This document shows positions 63,976-64,000 of a stretch of DNA of 64,000 bases, piece after piece. The DNA lies in the NCBI RefSeq assembly GCF_016432865.1, contig NC_067400.1, forward strand, positions 352,346,001 to 352,410,000, written 5' to 3'. Source of the DNA: Antechinus flavipes (taxonomy: Eukaryota). The notes under the pieces were generated by a model. That model saw nothing but the letters and a program-made list of their open reading frames with translations. It did not search any database and was not told the origin of the DNA. Position numbers and translations under genes: made by a program. Every line of letters begins with the position of its first letter. The first letter of the stretch is position 1.

Positions 63976-64000
63976 GAAAAAGTAAGTCCCAGCTCAGATA

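Noticed and set aside
40000-64000. Search for CCDC93 exons and for a liver-specific INSIG2 exon 1a
   Set aside because: No CCDC93-like translation found by eye. Several GTAAG donors exist on minus (e.g. ~46778), but none can be tied to an exon without transcript data.
1-64000. tRNA, rRNA, snoRNA genes, CRISPR-like arrays, processed pseudogenes
   Set aside because: None seen. tRNA-like A/B boxes occur only as SINE heads, and no C/D or H/ACA pair with terminal stem was evident in the INSIG2 introns.

Overview
AT-rich, CpG-depleted, repeat-dense mammalian genomic DNA. The repeat families (WSINE1-like and RTE-tailed CORE-SINEs, marsupial-type L1) point to a marsupial, probably a dasyurid; this is inference. 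The only protein-coding gene I can support is a complete, intact INSIG2 on the minus strand. It has a non-coding exon 1 in a CpG island (~39.4-39.55 kb) and five coding exons (33202-32959, 25139-25015, 20984-20818, 20622-20523, 19583-19542) totalling 678 nt = 225 aa + stop, plus a ~1.4-1.6 kb 3'UTR. Intron 3 is a U12-type (minor spliceosome) GT-AG intron. Nearly all other ORFs in the track are chance ORFs in repeats or introns. Most notable observations: (i) a perfect 43-bp inverted duplication inside an old L1 about 5 kb upstream of the promoter; (ii) a uORF-laden leader, including an overlapping uORF whose stop overlaps Met26; (iii) a solo LTR nested in another LTR with a 6-bp TSD; (iv) an LTR followed by a tandemly duplicated tRNA-Lys primer-binding site; (v) a nuclear-receptor DR0/DR2 cluster; (vi) a candidate poison micro-exon; (vii) homeodomain-motif-rich candidate enhancers downstream of INSIG2. 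I found no convincing wholly new biological system. Motif calls were made by eye, repeat boundaries are approximate, and family names are by recalled similarity, not by database search.
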